Notes under the pieces: model-generated
What the model was told of the DNA's origin: nothing
What the model saw: the letters and a program-made list of their open reading frames with translations, nothing else
Database searches by the model: none
Shown here: piece by piece, positions 8,022-17,590 of the stretch
Layout: the number at the start of each line of letters is the position of its first letter
Position numbering within the stretch: the stretch's first letter is position 1
Assembly: GCA_964604575.1 (NCBI GenBank)
Contig: CAZRZM010000002.1
Location: 2,627-66,626, forward strand
Direction: 5' to 3'
DNA: 64,000 nt
Source of the DNA: an uncultured Acetatifactor sp.
GTDB taxonomy: Bacteria; Bacillota; Clostridia; Lachnospirales; Lachnospiraceae
Program-made: the position numbers and the translations under genes

Positions 8022-10940
8022 TTATGCAAAAAGGTTCTCCGTTTTTCCAAATATTTCACGTTCCTCTTTAATTTTAACCGAATTGCCCACAACGCACAGC
8101 ATATCCTCCGACATAAATGCGCGGATATATTCTGCCAGTTCCCTGATACTCTCCGGCGTGGCAGATAAGATTTCGTCCCTTTCTTTCTGTAACATTTCCT
8201 TTGTAACTCCCGTCATATACGCGCTCAGTGCATAAAGCCCCTTGGCCGCCGGGTTCATGGGCATATCCAAATCACTGACTGCACCGATAATATACTGGGT
8301 CATGGTCCGCTCATCTGCCTCAAAATCCGCCACAGCATCTGCTGCTTTCTCATAAATGTCCAGCGTTTTTCTTAAGTTAGGGTCACGGTAGGACACAAAA
8401 TAACTTTCACCGGACTTGCCGAAGCTGCACATACATCCGTATGCACCACCCTTTACCCGCACATTCATCCAGAGATATTCATATCCCATCATCACTTTCA
8501 GAACGCGCAGCGAACCCTTATAGGGAAGTCCCTGCCTGCGGAAATTGCCGGCACGGCACACATACTGCACCTGGGAGGAAGTCATCAGGCCTTCATTTTT
8601 CTTTTCCACCGCCGGAACATAATGGGATTTGGGCACTTCGCAGGTATATAAATTCTCCACCACTTTTTCCACTGCACCCTTAAGGCTGGGAAGTCCTTTC
8701 TCCTCACCCACAAAATCCACCATAAGATTTTCCCTGCGGAAAATCATGCGCGCCAGAGCGGACAATTTTGCTGTCAAATCATCCTTTTCCTCCTCAAAAT
8801 TATCCGCCAGTTTAGAAATCAGGCGATAAAAAGGTACACCGGAAAGCTCCTCACTCATCACACCGGCAGCACTCCCATAGGACAGTGCACGGCCCACTGC
8901 CACCGTATGACCCGCTGATGTCATCTGTGCCTGCAGACGGGATTTTCCTTCCGCCAATATCTCAGACAGTCTTTTGGTATCCGTAAAATCACTGCTCATC
9001 ATGATTTCCTGCATCAGTTCCACTGCTTTTTCCAGATTCTCATACAGTACTTTTGTCTTTAATTCCATGGTAACCCTGCACTGGTTGGTATCTTCAATCA
9101 GAGTATAGGCATTGTTTACCGCCGCCATGCCGCCAGTAACCAGATTCATTTCGTTGAACAAATCCCCATACTGATAATGCTCGGTATTCAACAGTCCCAG
9201 ACACCCTTTTAGCACCCCGATATAGGGGAAATACTCTGCCGGTATCTCATCCAGGGTAAAAATCAGACGCAGATAGCCGATACCGTTTGTAAACAAGTTA
9301 TGATACAGAAGCCTGGTTTCTCCAATTTTTCGCTCTTCCATCACGAAATCCGCCGCTTCCTTTTTCAAATCCTCTCTCTGTAAAAGCGGAATTTTCTCCA
9401 GGTCTTCCTTGGCATCCTCACTTTCCTGAAAAGCACGCAGGGCTTCATACTGATTCTGTATCTTTTCCAGTTCCTCTCTGCTCATGGCATTTTTCACTGC
9501 CCCAAGCCTGTCAGCAAGCGCCTGCTCCTGCTCCTCCATAAGTCCCAGCCTGGGCTTTAAGACAACAACGGAGCAATGCTTGTTTTCCAGAAAATATTTC
9601 TTAACCAGACCTTCAAAATAGCCGGTTTTCACTTTTTCTTTCAAAGACGCGAAAGTATCATTCGCCTCGATATGGATAAAGGGCTTATTCTCGTCATAGA
9701 GCCAACTGTCCAATATTTGCAGACCGTACATCAGTCCCTTGGGATAGGAACCAAAATCCGCCTCCCTATACTTAAATTCATAATAGTTGATGCCCGCCCG
9801 TAATGCTTTTTCCTCAAAACCGTTTCTTACAATCTCAGTAAGCACCTCTTTTGTCAGCTTTAAAAATTCCTCTTCCTTCGCCACAGAAGTATCCTTTGCC
9901 ACCACACTGAAAAAGGGCTGTTTGATTCCGTTTTCATAAATGCTGTAGACATCCTTTCCGATACCCGCATCCACCAGTCTTTGTTTCAGTGGCGCACCCG
10001 GTGCGGAGCAGAGGGCATAATCCAGAATCTGAAATGCAATATAAAGCTCTCTGTCCAGACTGTCACCCACTGTCACATTCCAGGACAGATACGTATTTTC
10101 CTCCTCATCCTCTCCCTCACCGATGGGGTATTCCTTCACAATCCGGTTGGTGTCCGTAAAAGGCTCCTGTACGTCAATGGTGGAATCCACCTCCAGGGCA
10201 TCAAAAGCAGAGAGATAATTTTCATCTATAAACTGCAGTTTCTCCGCCATATCCATATCTCCGTACAGATAGATATAGCTGTTGGAAGGATGATAATATT
10301 TTTTATGAAAATCAATAAACTGCTCGTAGGTAAGCTCAGGAATAACATCCGGGTCACCGCCGGATTCACATCCATACGTGGTATCCGGGTACAGGGAATT
10401 CATCATCTCCCGCTCCAGCACATCATCCGGGGAAGAAAAGGCTCCTTTCATCTCATTGTATACCACGCCGTTGATTTTCAGTTCTTCTCCATTCTCCAGT
10501 TCATAGTGCCAGCCCTCCTGACGGAAAATTTCCTCTTTCTGGTAAATATTGGGATAAAATACCGCGTCCAGATAAACATGTATCAGGTTCTGGAAATCCT
10601 TGGCATTACAGCTTGCCACCGGATAAATAGTCTTGTCGGGATAAGTCATGGCATTTAAGAAAGTATTGAGAGAACCTTTCACCAGTTCTACAAAAGGGTC
10701 TTTTACCGGAAAATTTTTAGAACCGCACAGAACGGAGTGCTCCAGAATATGTGCCACACCGGTGGAATCCTGGGGCGGTGTGCGGAATCCGATATAAAAC
10801 ACCTTATTTTCATCATCATTCTGCACCAGCGCTATTTTGGCTCCGGTTTTTTTATGTTTACAGAGATAAGTCACACTGTTAATGTCTTTAATCTCCTTCT
10901 TCTCTATTACCTCATACGCGGTCAACTCTTCTACTCTCAT
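8022..10940 (-). CDS. Insulinase-family M16C Zn peptidase (presequence-protease-like)
   Basis: HILEH (HxxEH) motif, FLNAMTYPDKT, GVVYNEMKG, RVKGGAYG, SYRDPN; 972 aa. Confidence 0.95.
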   Translation of the reverse strand: MRVEELTAYEVIEKKEIKDINSVTYLCKHKKTGAKIALVQNDDENKVFYIGFRTPPQDSTGVAHILEHSVLCGSKNFPVKDPFVELVKGSLNTFLNAMTYPDKTIYPVASCNAKDFQNLIHVYLDAVFYPNIYQKEEIFRQEGWHYELENGEELKINGVVYNEMKGAFSSPDDVLEREMMNSLYPDTTYGCESGGDPDVIPELTYEQFIDFHKKYYHPSNSYIYLYGDMDMAEKLQFIDENYLSAFDALEVDSTIDVQEPFTDTNRIVKEYPIGEGEDEEENTYLSWNVTVGDSLDRELYIAFQILDYALCSAPGAPLKQRLVDAGIGKDVYSIYENGIKQPFFSVVAKDTSVAKEEEFLKLTKEVLTEIVRNGFEEKALRAGINYYEFKYREADFGSYPKGLMYGLQILDSWLYDENKPFIHIEANDTFASLKEKVKTGYFEGLVKKYFLENKHCSVVVLKPRLGLMEEQEQALADRLGAVKNAMSREELEKIQNQYEALRAFQESEDAKEDLEKIPLLQREDLKKEAADFVMEERKIGETRLLYHNLFTNGIGYLRLIFTLDEIPAEYFPYIGVLKGCLGLLNTEHYQYGDLFNEMNLVTGGMAAVNNAYTLIEDTNQCRVTMELKTKVLYENLEKAVELMQEIMMSSDFTDTKRLSEILAEGKSRLQAQMTSAGHTVAVGRALSYGSAAGVMSEELSGVPFYRLISKLADNFEEEKDDLTAKLSALARMIFRRENLMVDFVGEEKGLPSLKGAVEKVVENLYTCEVPKSHYVPAVEKKNEGLMTSSQVQYVCRAGNFRRQGLPYKGSLRVLKVMMGYEYLWMNVRVKGGAYGCMCSFGKSGESYFVSYRDPNLRKTLDIYEKAADAVADFEADERTMTQYIIGAVSDLDMPMNPAAKGLYALSAYMTGVTKEMLQKERDEILSATPESIRELAEYIRAFMSEDMLCVVGNSVKIKEEREIFGKTENLFA

Positions 10941-10979
10941 TTTCTTCTCCTGCTTTCCGGGTTCTCCCCTGCTTATTTT

Positions 10980-11402
10980 TCAAAATGTCATAAGTGCCAG
11001 TTTACTTATCATCAGCTCCTGCACCACAACACCCTTCTCCTCCTTTTCTCCGGGTGTCATTGCTGCCAGTTTCTCCACCGTAAGAACCTGGGTAGTATAT
11101 CTTTTTCTGGCACCGCCCGTAAGACTTTTTTTCTCCTCAATAATATTTATTTTCACCCTTGCCTTCAACTGCCTGTAAATCCTCACAAGAAAACTTTTGG
11201 CATCCAGATAATACAGATGTGTCTCCAGTGTATCCTGCAAATCTGCTTCCGGTAAAATATAGCGTTCCACCACCAGACGGAATTTAAACAGAATATTTTC
11301 CTCATTCAATATTTCTTCCAGCGTATATTTCGTGCCGATATAGAGACTGCTTACATCCTGCATACTGTATTTGTTATCTTCATAAACTGTTTTCTGCATC
11401 AT
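10980..11402 (-). CDS. Conserved hypothetical protein
   Basis: About 140 aa; RBS GAGGAG; start overlaps the end of the sigma-like gene. Confidence 0.8.
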   Translation of the reverse strand: MMQKTVYEDNKYSMQDVSSLYIGTKYTLEEILNEENILFKFRLVVERYILPEADLQDTLETHLYYLDAKSFLVRIYRQLKARVKINIIEEKKSLTGGARKRYTTQVLTVEKLAAMTPGEKEEKGVVVQELMISKLALMTF

Positions 11403-12156
11403 CCTGCTCCTCATCCGACTGCATTTCGATGTCTTCTATCCGAAAACCGCTCATCCGCATGGCATCCCGGATGGATTTATGTGTCAGTCCTGCCTCCTTA
11501 GCCAGTTCCCCCACCGTCACCTTACGCTGAAATTCCTCAGCCAGTTCTCTTGCCTTGTCCGCCACCAGATTCACCTTATCTGCGATATGCCTGTCCTTTT
11601 TTTCATTGGAAGCATTTTCCGCAATATACTCCTCCATGGCGTCCATCATACATTTTCCCAGCATTCCCTGAACCTGGGAAGGCTTCTCCAGACTTCCCAG
11701 CAAAGTCACTCCCATTGCCAGCGCCACATTGCCCTCTCCAATCAAATCCTCCAGATAAACACCCTGTCCGGCATATAATTTTGCCACTTCCACTACATCT
11801 TTCAGATAAATCTCCACCAGTCTGCCCTGCGCCGCCCTGTCCCCTGCCATGGCAGCTATGGTATATCCTTCCTTTTCGCCCTCGGAATAGACAGGAAGCC
11901 CGGCAATTTCATCCAGATAATCCTGGAGATAATCACGCTCCTCCGGGGTCAGATAATCCTCCGGAAGAAGCGGCTCCCCGATACCCACCTTATGTTTTAC
12001 CAGATAATCATATACCATCTGCATCTGGGCATTATCCAGCTTTAGCGGGGCAAATGCCTCCTGCACCTGCGCCTCGCTGACACAGCCTGCCTGTTCTTTT
12101 GCCAACGCCTTTACCTGCTCCAGTGTGCGGGCAAATACTACTTCTTTATTCATCAT
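11380..12156 (-). CDS. Degenerate RpoD-like sigma-70 protein (regions 1.1, 1.2, 2, 3; no region 4)
   Basis: YLQDYLDEIAGLP (1.2), GDRAAQGRLVEIYLKDVVEVAKLYAGQGVYLEDLIGEGNVAL (2.1-2.2), ELAEEFQRKVTVGELAKEAGL (3). Confidence 0.85.
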   Translation of the reverse strand: MMNKEVVFARTLEQVKALAKEQAGCVSEAQVQEAFAPLKLDNAQMQMVYDYLVKHKVGIGEPLLPEDYLTPEERDYLQDYLDEIAGLPVYSEGEKEGYTIAAMAGDRAAQGRLVEIYLKDVVEVAKLYAGQGVYLEDLIGEGNVALAMGVTLLGSLEKPSQVQGMLGKCMMDAMEEYIAENASNEKKDRHIADKVNLVADKARELAEEFQRKVTVGELAKEAGLTHKSIRDAMRMSGFRIEDIEMQSDEEQDDAENSL

Positions 12157-12177
12157 GCTCCCCCTATATCTTATTCC

Positions 12178-13026
12178 TTATTTAAAATGCTCATGTGTAA
12201 ACAGATGTTCCTGACAAAATTCATAATTACCATTACACTTGGAGCAGAAACGGAATTCCAGTGTCTCATCATCCTGCTCCGTTCTGCCGCATATGGCACA
12301 TTTGTGCCTTGTAATCCGCGGATTGGGATTTTTCTTCACCTGCTGCTTAAACTGTGCCCTGCGCTTCACCTGCTTTGGCGACAAATGGAACAGACTTCTG
12401 GTACTGAGGAAAAAGACCAGGAAATTCAGCAGGGACGCCGCAATGGCAAACCGTGCAAAGGTTCCCCATGTAAGGAAATACCATAAAATCATCACGCCAT
12501 AGATAATTCCCATCCATTTTACTTTCACCGGAATCACAAACATCAAAAGCACCTGTACATCCGGGAAAGTGGCGGCAAACGCCAGGAATATGGACATATT
12601 GATAAAATAAGTGCTGAAACACATAAAATTACTGTAAAACGCCAATGTGATTTCCAGTTCCGAATATCCGGTGAGATAAAAATATCCCATACACAGAAAA
12701 CTGCCGATAACCGTGAACAGCATACCCGAAAGCAGATAGACATTATAACGGTAATCCCCCCATGTCCTCTCCAGCGTTGTTCCGATATTATAATAGAACA
12801 GAAGCATAATAATCGTAAACATATCAAAGGAAGACGGCGGAACCAGTATCCATGTAAAAAGACGCCAGACTTGTCCTCTCAAAATCAGACAGGGATTCAG
12901 GGTAAGATACATCAGCAGATTGCTGTTAAAAATCATAAGCACATATCCCACCGCATAACACAATATTAATATTAAGGTAAGATTTGGAATCGCATACTTT
13001 CCAAATTTTTTTTCAAATTTACTCAT
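12178..13026 (-). CDS. Rhomboid-superfamily membrane protein with C-terminal Zn finger
   Basis: ILRGQVWRLFTWILVPP (WR motif), about 6 TM segments, C-terminal CAIC...CSKC...CQEH...H. Confidence 0.85.
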   Translation of the reverse strand: MSKFEKKFGKYAIPNLTLILILCYAVGYVLMIFNSNLLMYLTLNPCLILRGQVWRLFTWILVPPSSFDMFTIIMLLFYYNIGTTLERTWGDYRYNVYLLSGMLFTVIGSFLCMGYFYLTGYSELEITLAFYSNFMCFSTYFINMSIFLAFAATFPDVQVLLMFVIPVKVKWMGIIYGVMILWYFLTWGTFARFAIAASLLNFLVFFLSTRSLFHLSPKQVKRRAQFKQQVKKNPNPRITRHKCAICGRTEQDDETLEFRFCSKCNGNYEFCQEHLFTHEHFK

Positions 13027-13159
13027 GAAACATCCTCCCGGCTATATTTTGTAGCATACAATAATATATTTTAACATTCCCCTTTCCATAAGTAAACAAA
13101 GCAATTTATTTTTAATAAAAATATCAGTTTTTCCTTATGGAATTCTCATTTTTTACACA

Positions 13160-13188
13160 TTGCATTTTGATAATTTGTGTCGTATAAT
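13160..13188 (+). promoter_or_regulatory. Sigma-70 promoter of the activase gene
   Basis: TTGCAT-N17-TATAAT, 53 bp upstream of the ATG. Confidence 0.7.
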
Positions 13189-13241
13189 ACCTAAGAATGT
13201 CGAATTTTAACGAAGCTTTATTTTAGGAAGGATGTATTTAC

Positions 13242-16200
13242 ATGAACCCAACAAATATCGAGGCAACACTGGGTATTGATATCGGTTCCACTACCGTAAA
13301 AATTGCAATTCTGGATAATGAGCATACTATTCTGTTCTCCGATTATGAGCGTCATTATGCCAACATCAGAGAGACCCTTGCTTCTTTATTAAAAAAAGCA
13401 TACGAAGAACTTGGCAATCTGACACTGCACCCTATGATTACCGGGTCCGGAGGGCTTACTCTTGCCAATCATCTGGAAGTCCCTTTTACCCAGGAGGTTA
13501 TCGCAGTCGCCACTTCCCTTAAGGAGCTGGCGCCCAGAACCGATGTAGCCATTGAGTTGGGTGGGGAGGATGCCAAAATCATTTATTTTGAAGGCGGTAA
13601 CGTAGAGCAGCGTATGAACGGCATCTGTGCCGGTGGTACCGGCTCTTTTATCGACCAGATGGCTTCCCTGATTCAGACAGATGCCTCCGGCTTAAATGAA
13701 TATGCCAAAAATTACCAATCTCTATATACCATTGCCGCGCGCTGCGGCGTGTTTGCCAAAACAGATATCCAGCCCCTTATCAACGAAGGCGCCACCAAGG
13801 AAGACCTTGCCGCCTCTATTTTTCAGGCAGTAGTAAACCAGACTATCAGCGGACTTGCCTGCGGTAAACCTATCCGCGGACATGTGGCGTTCCTGGGAGG
13901 TCCCCTTCACTTTTTATCCGAATTAAAAAATGCTTTTATCCGCACCCTGAAGCTGGATGAGGAGCATATCATTGATACCGACAATTCCCACCTGTTTGCC
14001 GCCATCGGTTCAGCTTTAAATGCAAAAGAAGACGTTTCCGTAACCATGGAAGAAATGGTAGGCAAACTCTCCTCCGAAATCAGGATGGAGTTTGAAGTGG
14101 AGCGTATGGAGCCGCTTTTTGCAGATAAAAAAGAATATGAGGCATTTACCCTGCGCCACAATGCCCATCATGTGAATACTGCGGATTTGGCCTCCTACCA
14201 GGGCAGAGCATTCTTAGGAATCGACGCGGGTTCCACCACCACCAAGATTGCACTGGTGGGCGAGGATGGTTCCCTTCTCTATTCTTTCTACAGCAGTAAC
14301 GATGGAAGCCCTTTAAAAACGGCTATTCGTTCCTTAAAAGAAATCTATTCCCAGCTTCCTGAAAATGTGGAAATCGTCCGCTCCTGCTCCACCGGCTACG
14401 GTGAAGCGCTTATGAAAGCTGCTTTTATGCTGGATGACGGCGAAGTAGAGACGGTGGCGCATTACAATGCCGCGGCATTCTTTAATCCGGATGTGGACTG
14501 TATTCTGGATATCGGCGGTCAGGATATGAAATGTATCAAAATCAAAAATCAGACCGTGGAAAGCGTACAGCTTAACGAGGCATGTTCCTCTGGCTGTGGT
14601 TCTTTTATTGAGACCTTTGCCAAATCCTTAAACTACAGTGTGCAGGACTTTGCCCAGGCCGCTCTTTTTGCAGAGCATCCCATTGATCTGGGTACCCGCT
14701 GTACGGTATTTATGAATTCCAAGGTAAAACAGGCCCAGAAGGAAGGCGCCAGCGTGGCTGATATTTCCGCCGGTCTGGCTTACTCTGTTATCAAAAATGC
14801 CCTATTTAAGGTTATCAAGGTTTCCGACGCCTCTGAACTGGGTAAAAACATTGTGGTCCAGGGCGGTACTTTTTATAATGATGCCGTTCTGCGCAGCTTT
14901 GAAAAAATTGCAGACTGCAACGCCATCCGCCCTGACATTGCAGGTATTATGGGTGCATTCGGCGCTGCCCTCATAGCAAGGGAACGCTATGAGGAGGGCT
15001 ATCAGACTACCATGCTCTCCCACCAGAAAATCTGTGATTTACAGTTTGATACCAGCATGGCAAAATGTAAAGGCTGTACCAACAACTGTCGTCTCACCAT
15101 CAACAAATTTTCCGGCGGACGCCAGTTTATCTCCGGAAACCGTTGTGAACGCGGTATCGGCGGACAAAAAAATGCCAACAATGTTCCAAACCTTTATGAA
15201 TATAAATTACAGAGACTCTTCTCCTACGAATCCCTGGATGCCGACCAGGCTCCCAGAGGTACTGTGGGCATTCCCAGAGTCTTAAATATGTATGAAAACT
15301 ATCCCTTCTGGCATACCTTTTTTACCAGACTGGGATACCGTGTAGTACTCTCCCCCAGCTCAAACCGCAAGATTTATGAGCTTGGCATTGAGTCCATTCC
15401 CAGCGAGTCCGAGTGTTATCCCGCAAAGCTCGCCCACGGTCATGTGACATGGCTGATTAAACAAGGCATTACTTTTATCTTCTACCCTGCCCTGTTTTAT
15501 GAGCGTGACGAATTTGAGGGAGCAAACAATCATTACAACTGTCCCATTGTTACTTCCTATTCAGAGAATATCAAAAACAATGTGGAGGAAATCAGCAGCG
15601 GACAGATTACCTTCCGCAATCCTTTTATGTCCTTTAAGACACTGGAAACCGTTACGAAAGCCCTGACTGCAGAGTTTCATGAGCTGCCTGCCGACCAGAT
15701 TGCGTCCGCCTGCAGGGAAGCCTGGGAAGAACAGGCAAAAGCACGAAAGGATATGCAGAAAAAAGGCGAGGAGGTACTGGAATATCTGAAAGAAACCGGA
15801 AAACGCGGTATTGTGCTGGCAGGACGCCCCTACCATATTGATCCCGAAATCAACCACGGTATTCCTGAACTGATTACTTCCTACGATATTGCCGTACTGA
15901 CAGAGGATTCCATCTCCCATCTGGCGTCCCCTGAGAGGCCTTTGATTGTCTCCGACCAGTGGATGTATCACTCCCGTCTTTACGCCGCCGCAAGCTATGT
16001 CAAGACTGTGGAAAATCTGGATTTGATTCAGCTCAACTCCTTCGGCTGCGGACTGGATGCAGTTACCACCGACCAGGTGAACGATATCCTCTCCGGCTCC
16101 GACAAGATATATACCTGCTTAAAAATCGACGAGGTGAATAATCTTGGAGCCGCCAGAATCCGTATCCGTTCCCTTCTCTCCGCCCTGCGCGTCAGGGAAA

Positions 16201-17477
16201 AAAGGAACAAACAGCGCACTCTTCATTCCTCTGCCATCGAAAAAGTACCTTTCACGGAGGAAATGCGAGAAGAATATACGATTCTCTGCCCGCAGATGTC
16301 CCCTATTCATTTTGAGATACTTAAGCCGGCTTTTAATGCCTGCGGATACCATTTTGAAGTACTGGATAATGATAATAAACATTCTGTGGATGTGGGATTA
16401 AAATATGTCAATAATGATGCGTGCTATCCTTCCCTGCTGGTTGTGGGACAGATAATGGAAGCACTGCTTTCCGGCAAGTATGATTTGAACAAAATAGCCA
16501 TAATTATGACCCAGACCGGAGGCGGCTGCCGTGCCACCAATTATGTGGGCTTTATCCGCCGTGCTCTGAAAAAAGCAGGCATGGAACAGATTCCTGTCAT
16601 CTCCCTGAATCTGGCAGGCATTGAGTCCAATCCCGGTTTTCATTTAAATGCGGACTTGATGCTAAGGGCTGCCGTCGGCGCAGAATTTGGCGATATTTTT
16701 ATGCGTTGTGTATACCGTATGCGCCCTTACGAAGCAACTCCGGGAAGTGTGGAAGCCGTTCACCAGAAATGGCTTGCCATAGTCCAGGAATTTGTATCGG
16801 CAAAGCACATCAATCTCCTGAAATTTAACAAAATGTGCCGTCAGATAATCCGGGACTTTGATGCAGTACCGCTTCTGGATATCAGGAAACCCCGTGTGGG
16901 TATTGTGGGTGAGATACTGGTAAAATTCTCTCCTGCAGGCAATAACCATTTGGTAGAGCTTCTGGAAATGGAGGGGGCAGAGGCTGTCGTGCCGGACTTG
17001 ATAGACTTTATGCTCTACTGCTTCTATAACCAGATATACAAGGCAGAACACTTGGGAACCAGCAAAAAGGCGGCACGTCTTTCCTCCCTTGGAATCTGGG
17101 CTATCGAGCACCTTTTAAGAGGCGCTGCCGTAAAAGAATTTAAGAAAAGCAGACACTTTACACCACCCACTCCTATCCGGGAGATAGTCTCCTTTGCAGA
17201 ACCCATTGTTTCCATAGGAAACCAGACCGGAGAGGGATGGTTCCTGACCGGGGAAATGGTGGAGCTGATTCATGACGGAGTACCCAATATCGTGTGTACC
17301 CAGCCCTTTGGCTGTCTGCCAAACCATGTAGTAGGCAAGGGTGTTATCAAGGCACTGCGCAAGGTACATCCTGAGTCCAACATTGTGGCTATCGACTACG
17401 ACCCCGGTGCCAGCGAAGTAAACCAGTTGAACCGGATTAAACTGATGCTGTCTACCGCACAGAAAAATTTGACTTAA
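13242..17477 (+). CDS. Fused 2-hydroxyacyl-CoA dehydratase activase (two BadF/BadG/BcrA/BcrD ATPase domains plus DUF2229)
   Basis: GIDIGSTT and [14 protein letters not shown] and DIGGQD, CAGGTG and [25 protein letters not shown]. Confidence 0.93.
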   Translation: MNPTNIEATLGIDIGSTTVKIAILDNEHTILFSDYERHYANIRETLASLLKKAYEELGNLTLHPMITGSGGLTLANHLEVPFTQEVIAVATSLKELAPRTDVAIELGGEDAKIIYFEGGNVEQRMNGICAGGTGSFIDQMASLIQTDASGLNEYAKNYQSLYTIAARCGVFAKTDIQPLINEGATKEDLAASIFQAVVNQTISGLACGKPIRGHVAFLGGPLHFLSELKNAFIRTLKLDEEHIIDTDNSHLFAAIGSALNAKEDVSVTMEEMVGKLSSEIRMEFEVERMEPLFADKKEYEAFTLRHNAHHVNTADLASYQGRAFLGIDAGSTTTKIALVGEDGSLLYSFYSSNDGSPLKTAIRSLKEIYSQLPENVEIVRSCSTGYGEALMKAAFMLDDGEVETVAHYNAAAFFNPDVDCILDIGGQDMKCIKIKNQTVESVQLNEACSSGCGSFIETFAKSLNYSVQDFAQAALFAEHPIDLGTRCTVFMNSKVKQAQKEGASVADISAGLAYSVIKNALFKVIKVSDASELGKNIVVQGGTFYNDAVLRSFEKIADCNAIRPDIAGIMGAFGAALIARERYEEGYQTTMLSHQKICDLQFDTSMAKCKGCTNNCRLTINKFSGGRQFISGNRCERGIGGQKNANNVPNLYEYKLQRLFSYESLDADQAPRGTVGIPRVLNMYENYPFWHTFFTRLGYRVVLSPSSNRKIYELGIESIPSESECYPAKLAHGHVTWLIKQGITFIFYPALFYERDEFEGANNHYNCPIVTSYSENIKNNVEEISSGQITFRNPFMSFKTLETVTKALTAEFHELPADQIASACREAWEEQAKARKDMQKKGEEVLEYLKETGKRGIVLAGRPYHIDPEINHGIPELITSYDIAVLTEDSISHLASPERPLIVSDQWMYHSRLYAAASYVKTVENLDLIQLNSFGCGLDAVTTDQVNDILSGSDKIYTCLKIDEVNNLGAARIRIRSLLSALRVREKRNKQRTLHSSAIEKVPFTEEMREEYTILCPQMSPIHFEILKPAFNACGYHFEVLDNDNKHSVDVGLKYVNNDACYPSLLVVGQIMEALLSGKYDLNKIAIIMTQTGGGCRATNYVGFIRRALKKAGMEQIPVISLNLAGIESNPGFHLNADLMLRAAVGAEFGDIFMRCVYRMRPYEATPGSVEAVHQKWLAIVQEFVSAKHINLLKFNKMCRQIIRDFDAVPLLDIRKPRVGIVGEILVKFSPAGNNHLVELLEMEGAEAVVPDLIDFMLYCFYNQIYKAEHLGTSKKAARLSSLGIWAIEHLLRGAAVKEFKKSRHFTPPTPIREIVSFAEPIVSIGNQTGEGWFLTGEMVELIHDGVPNIVCTQPFGCLPNHVVGKGVIKALRKVHPESNIVAIDYDPGASEVNQLNRIKLMLSTAQKNLT

Positions 17478-17501
17478 TTAAATAATAATGTACCGGCACA
17501 T

Positions 17502-17543
17502 AAAAAAGTCCCTGAAACCTCTATAGAGTTCAGGGACTTTCTT
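17502..17543. terminator. Bidirectional intrinsic terminator
   Basis: aaaaaagtccctgaa...ttcagggactttctt between convergent genes. Confidence 0.8.
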
Positions 17544-17590
17544 CAGGTACTGTATTATAAATCCAACATTATTATTTCACGTCTTTATGC

